This document shows, piece after piece, positions 56,219-64,000 of a stretch of 64,000 nucleotides of DNA. Under the pieces are notes generated by a model. It was not told the DNA's origin and ran no database searches. It was given only the letters and a program-made list of their open reading frames with translations. The position numbers were made by a program, and so were the translations under genes. The stretch comes from Candidatus Latescibacterota bacterium. Its GTDB lineage: Bacteria; Latescibacterota; UBA2968. Where the stretch lies: positions 96,001-160,000 of the forward strand of contig OZ220741.1 of the NCBI GenBank assembly GCA_965116885.1. The letters run 5' to 3'. Every line of letters begins with the position of its first letter. Positions within the stretch are counted from its first letter, which is position 1.

Positions 56219-56521
56219 TTAGTCCTCCGTCTCAACGAGAGACCAACGCTTGCTCATGCGCTTAAGTTCAGGAAGATGCTCAGGCCAATCATGTAAAGTC
56301 GCTGGATCAAAATCAGCTCCATTCGACCACACCAGAGTATGGACTTCTGGATCTATACGCACTTGATTAAATAACGATACATCGCGAAGTGGACCAAATA
56401 ATTCACCTTCTAATATGGCTTGGAAATCGATAATCTGTTCCGTATCATCGTCAAAACAAACGCGAAGTGTATAGGGTGCCTGTATTTCAAAAAATATCAC
56501 GCGATATATAGGATGGCTCAT
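56219..56521 (-). CDS. DUF2442 protein (putative antitoxin)
   Basis: L.V.FDD, GELFGPL, TLVWSNGADFDPATL. Confidence 0.88.
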   Translation of the reverse strand: MSHPIYRVIFFEIQAPYTLRVCFDDDTEQIIDFQAILEGELFGPLRDVSLFNQVRIDPEVHTLVWSNGADFDPATLHDWPEHLPELKRMSKRWSLVETED

Positions 56522-56532
56522 GTCAGTCTCCT

Positions 56533-56802
56533 TTATCGAAGAGGATCAATTTTGAAAGGTACTCGACCTGCTTGTAATCGTTCCCAATCTGTCAGCAATT
56601 CTTCATGATGCAACTCTATCCAAGCCTCAATTAGACGCTGCTGTCGCCGGGGAAGTTGACCCGCAATTAGCTCAATAGTATCAATTGCATATACCCCAAC
56701 ATCTCCTTGATAATAAGCATGAAAATGAGGTCGGTGATGAGGCGCATTGGGCTCAGCATACATGCGTATTATGATACCGAAAAATCGGGAAATCTCAGGC
56801 AT
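56533..56802 (-). CDS. DUF4160 protein (putative HicA-like toxin)
   Basis: MPEISRFFGIIIRMY...H..PHFHA.Y...W...H..EL...W...I.PL. Confidence 0.9.
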   Translation of the reverse strand: MPEISRFFGIIIRMYAEPNAPHHRPHFHAYYQGDVGVYAIDTIELIAGQLPRRQQRLIEAWIELHHEELLTDWERLQAGRVPFKIDPLR

Positions 56803-56826
56803 TTCAATCCTTTTTAGAATTAATGC

Positions 56827-57441
56827 TTATCGTCTTAGGCAGCGGCGAGCAATAACAGAATGAAAACAAAAGCCATCTCGAGGTTCCAATCTGCGATAGT
56901 ATTCCAACCTGAAGAACCTCTGCAGAACTTTCAGAAGTGTCTCCGTCTTTCTCAAAGAAAAAAACCGCTTCGGCTCATAAGAATCTCGCTCCAAAATCCC
57001 CTCAAAATCCTCGCCTCCCCACACGCCAACATACATCAACCCATCCTCCACGAGTCGCGTCGCGATCAAATCGAAAACCTCATCTATATCTGCCTGCGGG
57101 ATATGCAGCAGACAATTCATAGAATACACCGCATCAAAAGTCTCGCTCATCTGATCGAGATTATAACAATCCAGAACGCGAGCAGAAACCCCCTTCTCTC
57201 TCGCCAGCTTCACCATCGCAGGTGCATTGTCAACCGCAAAAACCCGAAACCCTTGCTCTTGAAAAAATTTTGCATCGTGCCCGGGACCGCATCCCAGTTC
57301 GAGAATAGACCGTCGTTGTTCATCTCTCAAACACTGCAAAAACGCGCTTCTCTCTCGCACCTTAAACGCATCAGTGAAACTATGCTCCCTCTCCAGCGCA
57401 TGTCTTTCATACGAGGCAATCAAGCTATTGGTGAACTCCAT
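56827..57441 (-). CDS. Class I SAM-dependent methyltransferase
   Basis: ILELGCGPG, FDAVYSMNCLLH; AAGGAGG RBS upstream of ATG 57441. Confidence 0.92.
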   Translation of the reverse strand: MEFTNSLIASYERHALEREHSFTDAFKVRERSAFLQCLRDEQRRSILELGCGPGHDAKFFQEQGFRVFAVDNAPAMVKLAREKGVSARVLDCYNLDQMSETFDAVYSMNCLLHIPQADIDEVFDLIATRLVEDGLMYVGVWGGEDFEGILERDSYEPKRFFSLRKTETLLKVLQRFFRLEYYRRLEPRDGFCFHSVIARRCLRR

Positions 57442-57565
57442 GAAAGCCTCCTTCAAAATGGATTGGCAGATGGGAACAGCTTGATTTTCAGCCACAGCCT
57501 CTTTATTATGCCTTACAACTTCCACAAAACCAAAGACATTTTTTGTAGATAGGGCAAAAAACTTT

Positions 57566-58930
57566 ATGACAACAGACCAAATCAAAGCGCGTCTTGAAAG
57601 CGACAAAATTCAAAAAATTAAACTCGCTGGCTTCGACATCGACGGCGTTATGCGCGGCAAATACATATCGCTCGACAAATTCTTTTCTGCCATCGAAAAG
57701 GGCCTGGGCTTCTGCGATGTGACATTTGGCTGGGATATGATCGATCAACTCTACGAACAACCCACCGTCACGGGCTGGCATACCGGATATCCTGACCTCC
57801 TCGCCAAAATTGACCTCAGTACCTATCGCGTAATACCCTGGGAACAAAATACCGCATTATTTTTACTCGACTTTTACGAAAACGAAAATCAGCCACTTGC
57901 GGTATCCCCGCGCCAACTCCTCCAAACAGTCGTACGCAAAGCGAATGACATGGGATTTCAGCCATACATATCCGCAGAATACGAATACTTCATCTTCCGG
58001 GAAACGCCCCACTCCCTGGAAGACAAAGGATTTGAGAACATGACCCCACTCTCGCCAGGCTGGTTTGGCTACAGCGTATTGCGGGCATCTGCGGCTTCAG
58101 AATTTGTCCACGCAATAATCGATGGAATGGGAGCGTATGACGTCGAACTGGAAGGAATACACACCGAAACGGGCCCCGGCGTATATGAAACCGCGATTCG
58201 GTACGACACGGCGTGCAATGCCGCAGACAAAGCCGCCCTATTCAAAACAGGCGTAAAAGAGATCCTATCCAAACACGGACTCGTCGCAACCTTTATGGCG
58301 AGATGGAGCCCGGACTACCCCGGCTGCAGCGGGCACCTGCACCAGAGCCTGTGGAATTTAGAGGGGGACACAAATCTATTTGCCAATGAATCAGATCCAC
58401 AGGGCATGTCTCAAATAATGAAACACTACATCGCGGGACAAATCGCTACAATGCCCGACATAATGGCACTGATATGCCCCACCATCAACTCTTACAAGCG
58501 GACAGTCCCCGGAGCCTGGGCGCCGACCAACGCCTCCTGGGGAATTGAAAATCGAACCGCATCTCTCCGCGCGATTCCAGGCACATCCCCTGAATCCACA
58601 CGCACCGAATATCGACTGGCAGGCGCCGACGCCAACCCCCATATCTCGATGGCGGCCAGCCTCGCCGCCGGACTATACGGCATAGAACATCAACTCGACC
58701 CCGGCGAGCCGTTTAACGGAAATGCCTACGAAGCCCCCGAAGGTCGATTTGATCCCTTGCCAAAATCACTTGAAGAAGCAACAGATCGATTAAAAAATAG
58801 CGAAATTACCCGCACTTGTCTCGGCGACGCATTTGTAGATCACTTCGCAATCACCCGCGAACACGAAATTGCGGAATATCGCCGCGCCATAACGGATTGG
58901 GAACTCAAGCGATACTTTGAAATCATCTGA
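57566..58930 (+). CDS. Glutamine-synthetase-family protein (gamma-glutamylamine ligase, PuuA-like)
   Basis: DIDGVMRGK, EYEY, HTETGPGVYE, GCSGHLHQSL, NSYKR, ENRT, EYRLAGADANP. Confidence 0.92.
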   Translation: MTTDQIKARLESDKIQKIKLAGFDIDGVMRGKYISLDKFFSAIEKGLGFCDVTFGWDMIDQLYEQPTVTGWHTGYPDLLAKIDLSTYRVIPWEQNTALFLLDFYENENQPLAVSPRQLLQTVVRKANDMGFQPYISAEYEYFIFRETPHSLEDKGFENMTPLSPGWFGYSVLRASAASEFVHAIIDGMGAYDVELEGIHTETGPGVYETAIRYDTACNAADKAALFKTGVKEILSKHGLVATFMARWSPDYPGCSGHLHQSLWNLEGDTNLFANESDPQGMSQIMKHYIAGQIATMPDIMALICPTINSYKRTVPGAWAPTNASWGIENRTASLRAIPGTSPESTRTEYRLAGADANPHISMAASLAAGLYGIEHQLDPGEPFNGNAYEAPEGRFDPLPKSLEEATDRLKNSEITRTCLGDAFVDHFAITREHEIAEYRRAITDWELKRYFEII

Positions 58931-60422
58931 ACGCCTCCACAATATGATTCCCTACCCGCAGGGCATTTGCCGCAATCGTCAAACTCGGATTGACGCCGCC
59001 AGATGTGGGAAACACGCTCCCATCCGTCACAAACAAATTGTCAATCCCCCTGAACTGGCAGTTCTCATCCAGCACACTCGTCTCTTCATCATAGCCCATA
59101 CGCACCGACCCCACGCCATGGGAAAAGGTATCAATGCGATACGTATGAAAAAAAAACGCGCCCGACGCGCGCAAAATCCCTTTGGCCTTCTCCACCAGAT
59201 AATCGCGGCGTTCGCAATCTCGCGCTGTGTACTGATGTATGACCTGTGCGCGGCTAATTCCATACACATCCTTCTCATCTGCCAGCGCAACGCGATTCTC
59301 AAACTGCGGCTCATCCTCTGCAACACACAACAGATTTTGCAAAAAGCCAGCAGCTATTGCCGTCAGATTTTTAAGTCCAAAAGGCGCGTGGTGTTTCAGT
59401 GCTATAGGCGACGGCGTGTAAATATCCTGAATCACCCCAACGGCGCGACCGTCCTGCTCTCGACAATCCTCGTAAAAATCCGAAAAACACACCTGCTTGT
59501 GAAACACCTGTTCCGGATTCGTGCGAAACGGAAACACCCCCGCCACAACAGCATTGCAATGCCGCATCAGAAAACGCCCTATCAAATCGCCCTGCGGAAA
59601 CGAATGCAACTCTGACCGCAACAAAACAGCCGGACTTTGCAGCGCACCCGCAGCAACAACAGCAATGGGCGCAGGCACTTCAAACGCCTTTTTTGTACGC
59701 CGATCCACACACGCCACAGCGCACACGCGCCCCCGTTTGCAAATAACACGCGCAACCTGCACCCCCGTCAAAATATCAGCCCCTGCATCCTGCGCCAACT
59801 TGAGCAACGTCACAGTCAGATCATTTTTAGCCTCAATTTGGCACGGAAAACCATCGCAGGTCAAACATCGGATACACACGGTTCGCGCCCGATCCGAAAA
59901 ATTGATCGCCAATGGCATGCGAAAAGGCCGATACCCCAGCGCGCGTCCAGCATCCCAAATGCGTTGTGCAGGACGGGAAAGTTCAATAGGCGGATACAAA
60001 TAATCCCCTATTGGCGGCTCGCACGGGTCGGTACCCACTTCTCCATGCACTTCCAACAAACGCTCGACACAATCGTAATGCGGTGCCAGATCCCCATACA
60101 AAATCGGCCACGCGACCAAATCTTCTTCGTGCAGCCTCAGCGATGCCCCACCGTAAAACACGGACATCCCACCAACCACTTCATTCTCGACCACATCTGA
60201 AAAATCGCGGTCCTCATATTGCCTGACGCGAAGCGGCGATGGGCCCTGATAGCGTTTCTCTACCAACACAGAACGGGGATCCCAATCCTCTGCATCGCGC
60301 CTTGCCCAATCGCCCCGCTCCAACAGCAAAACCTTCATACCCGCCGCAGCCAACACATAAGCGCAGGCACTACCTCCAAATCCCGTACCGATAATAACAG
60401 CGTCGTAATCGTTAAAATTCAT
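58923..60422 (-). CDS. GMC-family oxidoreductase
   Basis: IGTGFGG, LLERG, VGGMS.FYGG, CIRCLTCDGFPC, HGVGSVRMG, NPSLTIAANA. Confidence 0.93.
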   Translation of the reverse strand: MNFNDYDAVIIGTGFGGSACAYVLAAAGMKVLLLERGDWARRDAEDWDPRSVLVEKRYQGPSPLRVRQYEDRDFSDVVENEVVGGMSVFYGGASLRLHEEDLVAWPILYGDLAPHYDCVERLLEVHGEVGTDPCEPPIGDYLYPPIELSRPAQRIWDAGRALGYRPFRMPLAINFSDRARTVCIRCLTCDGFPCQIEAKNDLTVTLLKLAQDAGADILTGVQVARVICKRGRVCAVACVDRRTKKAFEVPAPIAVVAAGALQSPAVLLRSELHSFPQGDLIGRFLMRHCNAVVAGVFPFRTNPEQVFHKQVCFSDFYEDCREQDGRAVGVIQDIYTPSPIALKHHAPFGLKNLTAIAAGFLQNLLCVAEDEPQFENRVALADEKDVYGISRAQVIHQYTARDCERRDYLVEKAKGILRASGAFFFHTYRIDTFSHGVGSVRMGYDEETSVLDENCQFRGIDNLFVTDGSVFPTSGGVNPSLTIAANALRVGNHIVEAFR

Positions 60423-61213
60423 TAAACCTCAAACACGTACAAAACAATTAACCCAACAATAATGACCAGTGCCCCGTAGTGGAATTTTTCTCTGGCATCA
60501 ATACACCGCTGAATCCGCGGCAAATCGGGACGAAATTTGCCCGACATCGTACGCTGAATATAAGTCTTGTAATACTCCACAACAAAACGCTCCAACCCGC
60601 CATTCATATACACCAGAAATCCCAACGATATGGGATGCATGGGATCATTTAAAAAATAGAACAGCGGCGAACAAATCGCCAGCACCAGACCCGATCGCTG
60701 AAACTTCAAAATTTTAAACCCCTCAAACGGCGCGTCTTTATACGCCCCGCCAAGCGACACCAGCAGACCCGTAATATAAGCCGTTAGAAGAAATATCCAG
60801 AAACTCGTCACAGGCGCGGGGATCAACAACACGGCAAAAACGCCCAGCACCAGCACAGTACCAACCGCATAACGCAGCAAATCGCTCGCCACATACCGCC
60901 CGAAAAACGTAATGCGCGAAGGCACAAAATACTTATCCTGATCTTCCGTGCGAAAAAACCCCTTGTAAAGCTCGGCCAAAAACCGTTCCAACCCCATAAT
61001 CAGAAAAAAAATCTGAACCCATCCCAACGCAGAAAAACTCGCCTTAAAAATTGGTACAAAATACAACACCGCAAAAATCACAACATGAAAATAAATACTC
61101 CGTGGAAACGTCCTGGGCTTAAAATCCTCATAAGGCGAATCCTTAAACGCCCCCCACAAAGACGTATAAAGTCCAGATACAATACTCACGCCCAGGCCAA
61201 TATAGAAATTCAT
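60422..61213 (-). CDS. Multi-pass membrane protein with internal duplication
   Basis: GAFKDSPYEDFK...RS / GAYKDAPFEGFK...RS and GLERFLAELYK / GLERFVVEYYK. Confidence 0.8.
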   Translation of the reverse strand: MNFYIGLGVSIVSGLYTSLWGAFKDSPYEDFKPRTFPRSIYFHVVIFAVLYFVPIFKASFSALGWVQIFFLIMGLERFLAELYKGFFRTEDQDKYFVPSRITFFGRYVASDLLRYAVGTVLVLGVFAVLLIPAPVTSFWIFLLTAYITGLLVSLGGAYKDAPFEGFKILKFQRSGLVLAICSPLFYFLNDPMHPISLGFLVYMNGGLERFVVEYYKTYIQRTMSGKFRPDLPRIQRCIDAREKFHYGALVIIVGLIVLYVFEV

Positions 61214-61240
61214 AGCTTCATTCCGATTCGAGTGATTTCA

Positions 61241-63676
61241 CTACTTCACCTTTTCCGCCTCACGCGCATTGCGGGCATTATGCCCTTCGAGCACTTCCAA
61301 AATAGCGGGCAACACCAGCACGGCAGTCACGAAACAGGTCAACAGACCAATCAACGCCAACCGCCCAATTGAGTTGAGACCGGGATGCGTCGCCATCATC
61401 AAGCAAAAAAAGCCGATCATCGTCGTCAGCATAGAAATGAACATCGCCCCACCTGTGCTCCTGATCACCACAGGCATAGACCCGGGACCCTCCTCCCGAT
61501 ATCGGTGATAGAGATGCACCCCATTGTCAATCCCCATACCAATGATAGTAGGCAACGCGACCATATTGTAAAAATTGAGCTTCAAATCCTGCAAATACAG
61601 CGAACCACACATCCACACAGTACCACAGGCAAGGGGAAAAATCACCAGCAAAGCAGAGCGCAAACTGCGAAAATCAGTCAGCAAAATGAGAAACACGACA
61701 ATCACCGTCAGCGAGATCGCACGCGGGCTATCGCGCAACATCAGGAGCAACATATCGGCAAAAATGATATTGGAACTCGACGAATAAAACACCTTGCCCG
61801 ACTCGGTCTGAATCTCGTGTGAATCTTCGGCAAATGCAATGGCATTTTTTCCATCGCGCAACTGTACACTCGGCAAAATTTGTGCAAAATACGCCTGGCT
61901 TCCATCAATCGTCTCAAATTTTCTCAATAAATTTTCGGGCAAATCCTCAACCGAAAGTCTTTTGACATCCAACAAATCGCGCAGAGAATCGAGCTTTGCC
62001 TTTTGTGTGCCCCTGATCAACTTCGCGCCCTCGCCATCGGCCAGCGCGCGAATTTCTCCAATAATATCCAGCTTCTCGTCCTGACCGCGCAACTCTGTCC
62101 AGAGCGTTTTGACCTTGTCAATCGTCGGCGTCGGATCATCTTCGGCTATCTTCTTTTCCAATGCATCTACAATCTCATCGAGTTCTGCTTTGCTATCCGC
62201 CAGCACAATGCCATAAGACTGCGATTCGCTGCCGTATTTCGGAATCGTCGTCATCTTTTGTTTCACCTTCACCGATGCGGGCAAGTTAGAACGCAAATTG
62301 GTAAAATCGTATTCAAAATCTATATCGCGCAAATGAATACCCAGATACACCGTGAGGATCAGCGCGCAGGCAATCACCAACTTTGGATATGGAAAATGAC
62401 CCCGGCGGCTACCGCCCCAATTGTGTCCCCACACGTGCCGCATGCGAATCCACATGAACCTTTGATCTGCCAGCACCAGCACAGCGGGCAATACAGTCGT
62501 CATAGAGACCAGCGACATGACAATGCCCGTACCTACAATAAAACCAAATTCAGAAAAACCCCTGAAATCTGTCAGCGTCAGAGAAAAGAACGCAATAGAC
62601 GTGGTTATCGCCGCCGTCAAAATAGCCTGTCCAGTCTGACTCAGCATCGTCTCTATCGACATTCGCACATCCGTCTTATCCATGCGAACTTCGAGATAGC
62701 GCGCAAACATGTGAATGCCAAAATCGATCCCCAGACCAAACAAAATCACAAACAAAAAAGCCGTCATGGTATTCAAATTGCCGATAACCCAGTACGTAAT
62801 CGCAAATGCCCAGATCAAGCCCATCGCCAGCGGAATAGCCACAAAAAAAGCCGCCAACGGCTGGCGGAAATAAAACGTCAAAAGCGCGACAATACCCATG
62901 ACACCAAATATCAACGTCGATCGAACATCGCTTAAAATGGTATCGTATTCGTCAATCTTGTTCTTAAACGGCCCTCCGTATTCAATCGACATCCGAGGGT
63001 GATACGCGCGCGGATTCACCTTCTTGACCGCCTGCTGAATCACCCACTGCATATCTTTGGCAAAACCGATATTGCTCACCGTACCCGCTGCCATCGCCTC
63101 CAATGCCAGGATGGTACGGTCGGGATTGGTATAATACGTCTCATCTCCATTATCCGCCGTGCGATACTTAGCCTCAATATCCGAAAAATCGAGCACGGCT
63201 TCTTCTTCATCGAGAGAAATATACAACGGCGACAGCTTCAACTTTTCCTGGATGATATAATCATCTATGCGCGTGAGAATCTCATCCAAATCATCCGTTT
63301 CCATAAACAACAGCGCGTTTTTGCGATAAAATTCTGCATCTCGCTTGTAATCGACAAAATTGATATAGGTCTCGTATTTCTCGTCCTGTAATTCACGTGC
63401 CAGATCCTCGACAAAACGCCTGTTTGCCTCAAAATCGGGACTTTGCACCAAAACCACCAGACTGCCCACACCGCCCACGCGCTGTTTGATCTCATTGAGC
63501 GTCTTCACACTCTGATAATTTTCCGGGATCAGGGCAACGAGATCCGTCTCGAGCTTCCGTCCAAGCCTGTACACAAAAATACTGCAAAAAGCCGTCAACA
63601 AAATCGACACCACAAGAATACCTTTGTAGTGCCGATAAGTCCACCCCGCCAAAAAACGAAGCACCGCTTCAACCAA
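61241..63676 (-). CDS. MMPL/HpnN-like RND lipid transporter
   Basis: GLGIDFGIH and GMGIDNGVH in the two TM halves; two periplasmic domains. Confidence 0.92.
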   Translation of the reverse strand: MVEAVLRFLAGWTYRHYKGILVVSILLTAFCSIFVYRLGRKLETDLVALIPENYQSVKTLNEIKQRVGGVGSLVVLVQSPDFEANRRFVEDLARELQDEKYETYINFVDYKRDAEFYRKNALLFMETDDLDEILTRIDDYIIQEKLKLSPLYISLDEEEAVLDFSDIEAKYRTADNGDETYYTNPDRTILALEAMAAGTVSNIGFAKDMQWVIQQAVKKVNPRAYHPRMSIEYGGPFKNKIDEYDTILSDVRSTLIFGVMGIVALLTFYFRQPLAAFFVAIPLAMGLIWAFAITYWVIGNLNTMTAFLFVILFGLGIDFGIHMFARYLEVRMDKTDVRMSIETMLSQTGQAILTAAITTSIAFFSLTLTDFRGFSEFGFIVGTGIVMSLVSMTTVLPAVLVLADQRFMWIRMRHVWGHNWGGSRRGHFPYPKLVIACALILTVYLGIHLRDIDFEYDFTNLRSNLPASVKVKQKMTTIPKYGSESQSYGIVLADSKAELDEIVDALEKKIAEDDPTPTIDKVKTLWTELRGQDEKLDIIGEIRALADGEGAKLIRGTQKAKLDSLRDLLDVKRLSVEDLPENLLRKFETIDGSQAYFAQILPSVQLRDGKNAIAFAEDSHEIQTESGKVFYSSSSNIIFADMLLLMLRDSPRAISLTVIVVFLILLTDFRSLRSALLVIFPLACGTVWMCGSLYLQDLKLNFYNMVALPTIIGMGIDNGVHLYHRYREEGPGSMPVVIRSTGGAMFISMLTTMIGFFCLMMATHPGLNSIGRLALIGLLTCFVTAVLVLPAILEVLEGHNARNAREAEKVK

Positions 63677-63690
63677 TGAGTGCCACCTTT

Positions 63691-64000
63691 CTAATCCGAC
63701 GTATCTTCACTCAGTTTTTCTTTTAATTTATCCATCAAGCCTTCAAAAGAAGACCTGCGAATCTCCCGGCGAAACTGCGACCGGTTGCTGCGCGCAATAC
63801 TCAACTCATCGATGACCATATCGTAAATCAACCACTTGCCATCAACGAGATGCAATTTATAGTCAATCGTACTCGACTCGCGCCTGTAATACACCACCGT
63901 CTTGACAAGGGCCTGTGCGCTATCAGCCTCAACGCCCGTATAATCGATCTTTTCCGCTTTCGTATATAACGCGGGATCGGCGTAATTTTTCTCGATCAAC
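63691..64000 (-). CDS. MlaC/Ttg2D (HpnM-like) periplasmic lipid-binding protein, C-terminal part
   Basis: IDYKL...WLIYDMVIDELSI...RSQF...GLMDKL; start lies outside the window. Confidence 0.85.
   Translation of the reverse strand, partial: LIEKNYADPALYTKAEKIDYTGVEADSAQALVKTVVYYRRESSTIDYKLHLVDGKWLIYDMVIDELSIARSNRSQFRREIRRSSFEGLMDKLKEKLSEDTSD

Noticed and set aside
57566..58930. Canonical glnA
   Set aside because: Signature (DIDGVMRGK, WELKRY tail) fits the gamma-glutamylamine ligase-like branch better; no symbol assigned.
1..64000. CRISPR array, tRNA/rRNA, IS or prophage genes
   Set aside because: No regularly spaced repeats, cloverleaf motifs, transposase or phage structural motifs seen by eye; small RNAs could have been missed.

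Overview
Bacterial chromosomal window of about 55 CDS from a diderm organism (TolC, RND, MlaC-like genes). I saw no rRNA, tRNA, CRISPR array, integrase or transposase. Layout: (1) 1-15.9 kb, envelope and metabolic genes: a MacB-like ABC permease behind a sigma-54 promoter, a deleted beta-propeller gene, a nucleotidyltransferase / glucuronokinase-like kinase / GT4 / ThDP enzyme / PBP1A run, TauD-Eis-DUF1932, and MDR-GGT-aminotransferase. (2) 15.9-21.9 kb, a GC-richer 1725-aa DEDD-exonuclease/RecQ/UvrD fusion followed by a VapBC pair; this is the best candidate for an undescribed system. (3) 21.9-33.7 kb, mrp, an RND pump with an unusually large membrane insertion, TolC, M23 peptidase-bactofilin and hflX. 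(4) 33.7-47.0 kb, an array of about 20 small co-oriented accessory genes (5 GNATs, 2 NUDIX, HIT, dcd, ANT-, APH- and SAT-like enzymes, RelE/Xre TA, pseudogenes) with a duplicated promoter-like element but no canonical attC sites. (5) 47-64 kb, catabolic hydrolases/oxidoreductases, an ankyrin protein, DUF4160/DUF2442, a GS-family ligase and an MlaC-MMPL-membrane protein-GMC operon. Several genes carry internal deletions with frameshifts. All calls come from motif recognition by eye, with no database search. A host-associated lifestyle is only an inference.
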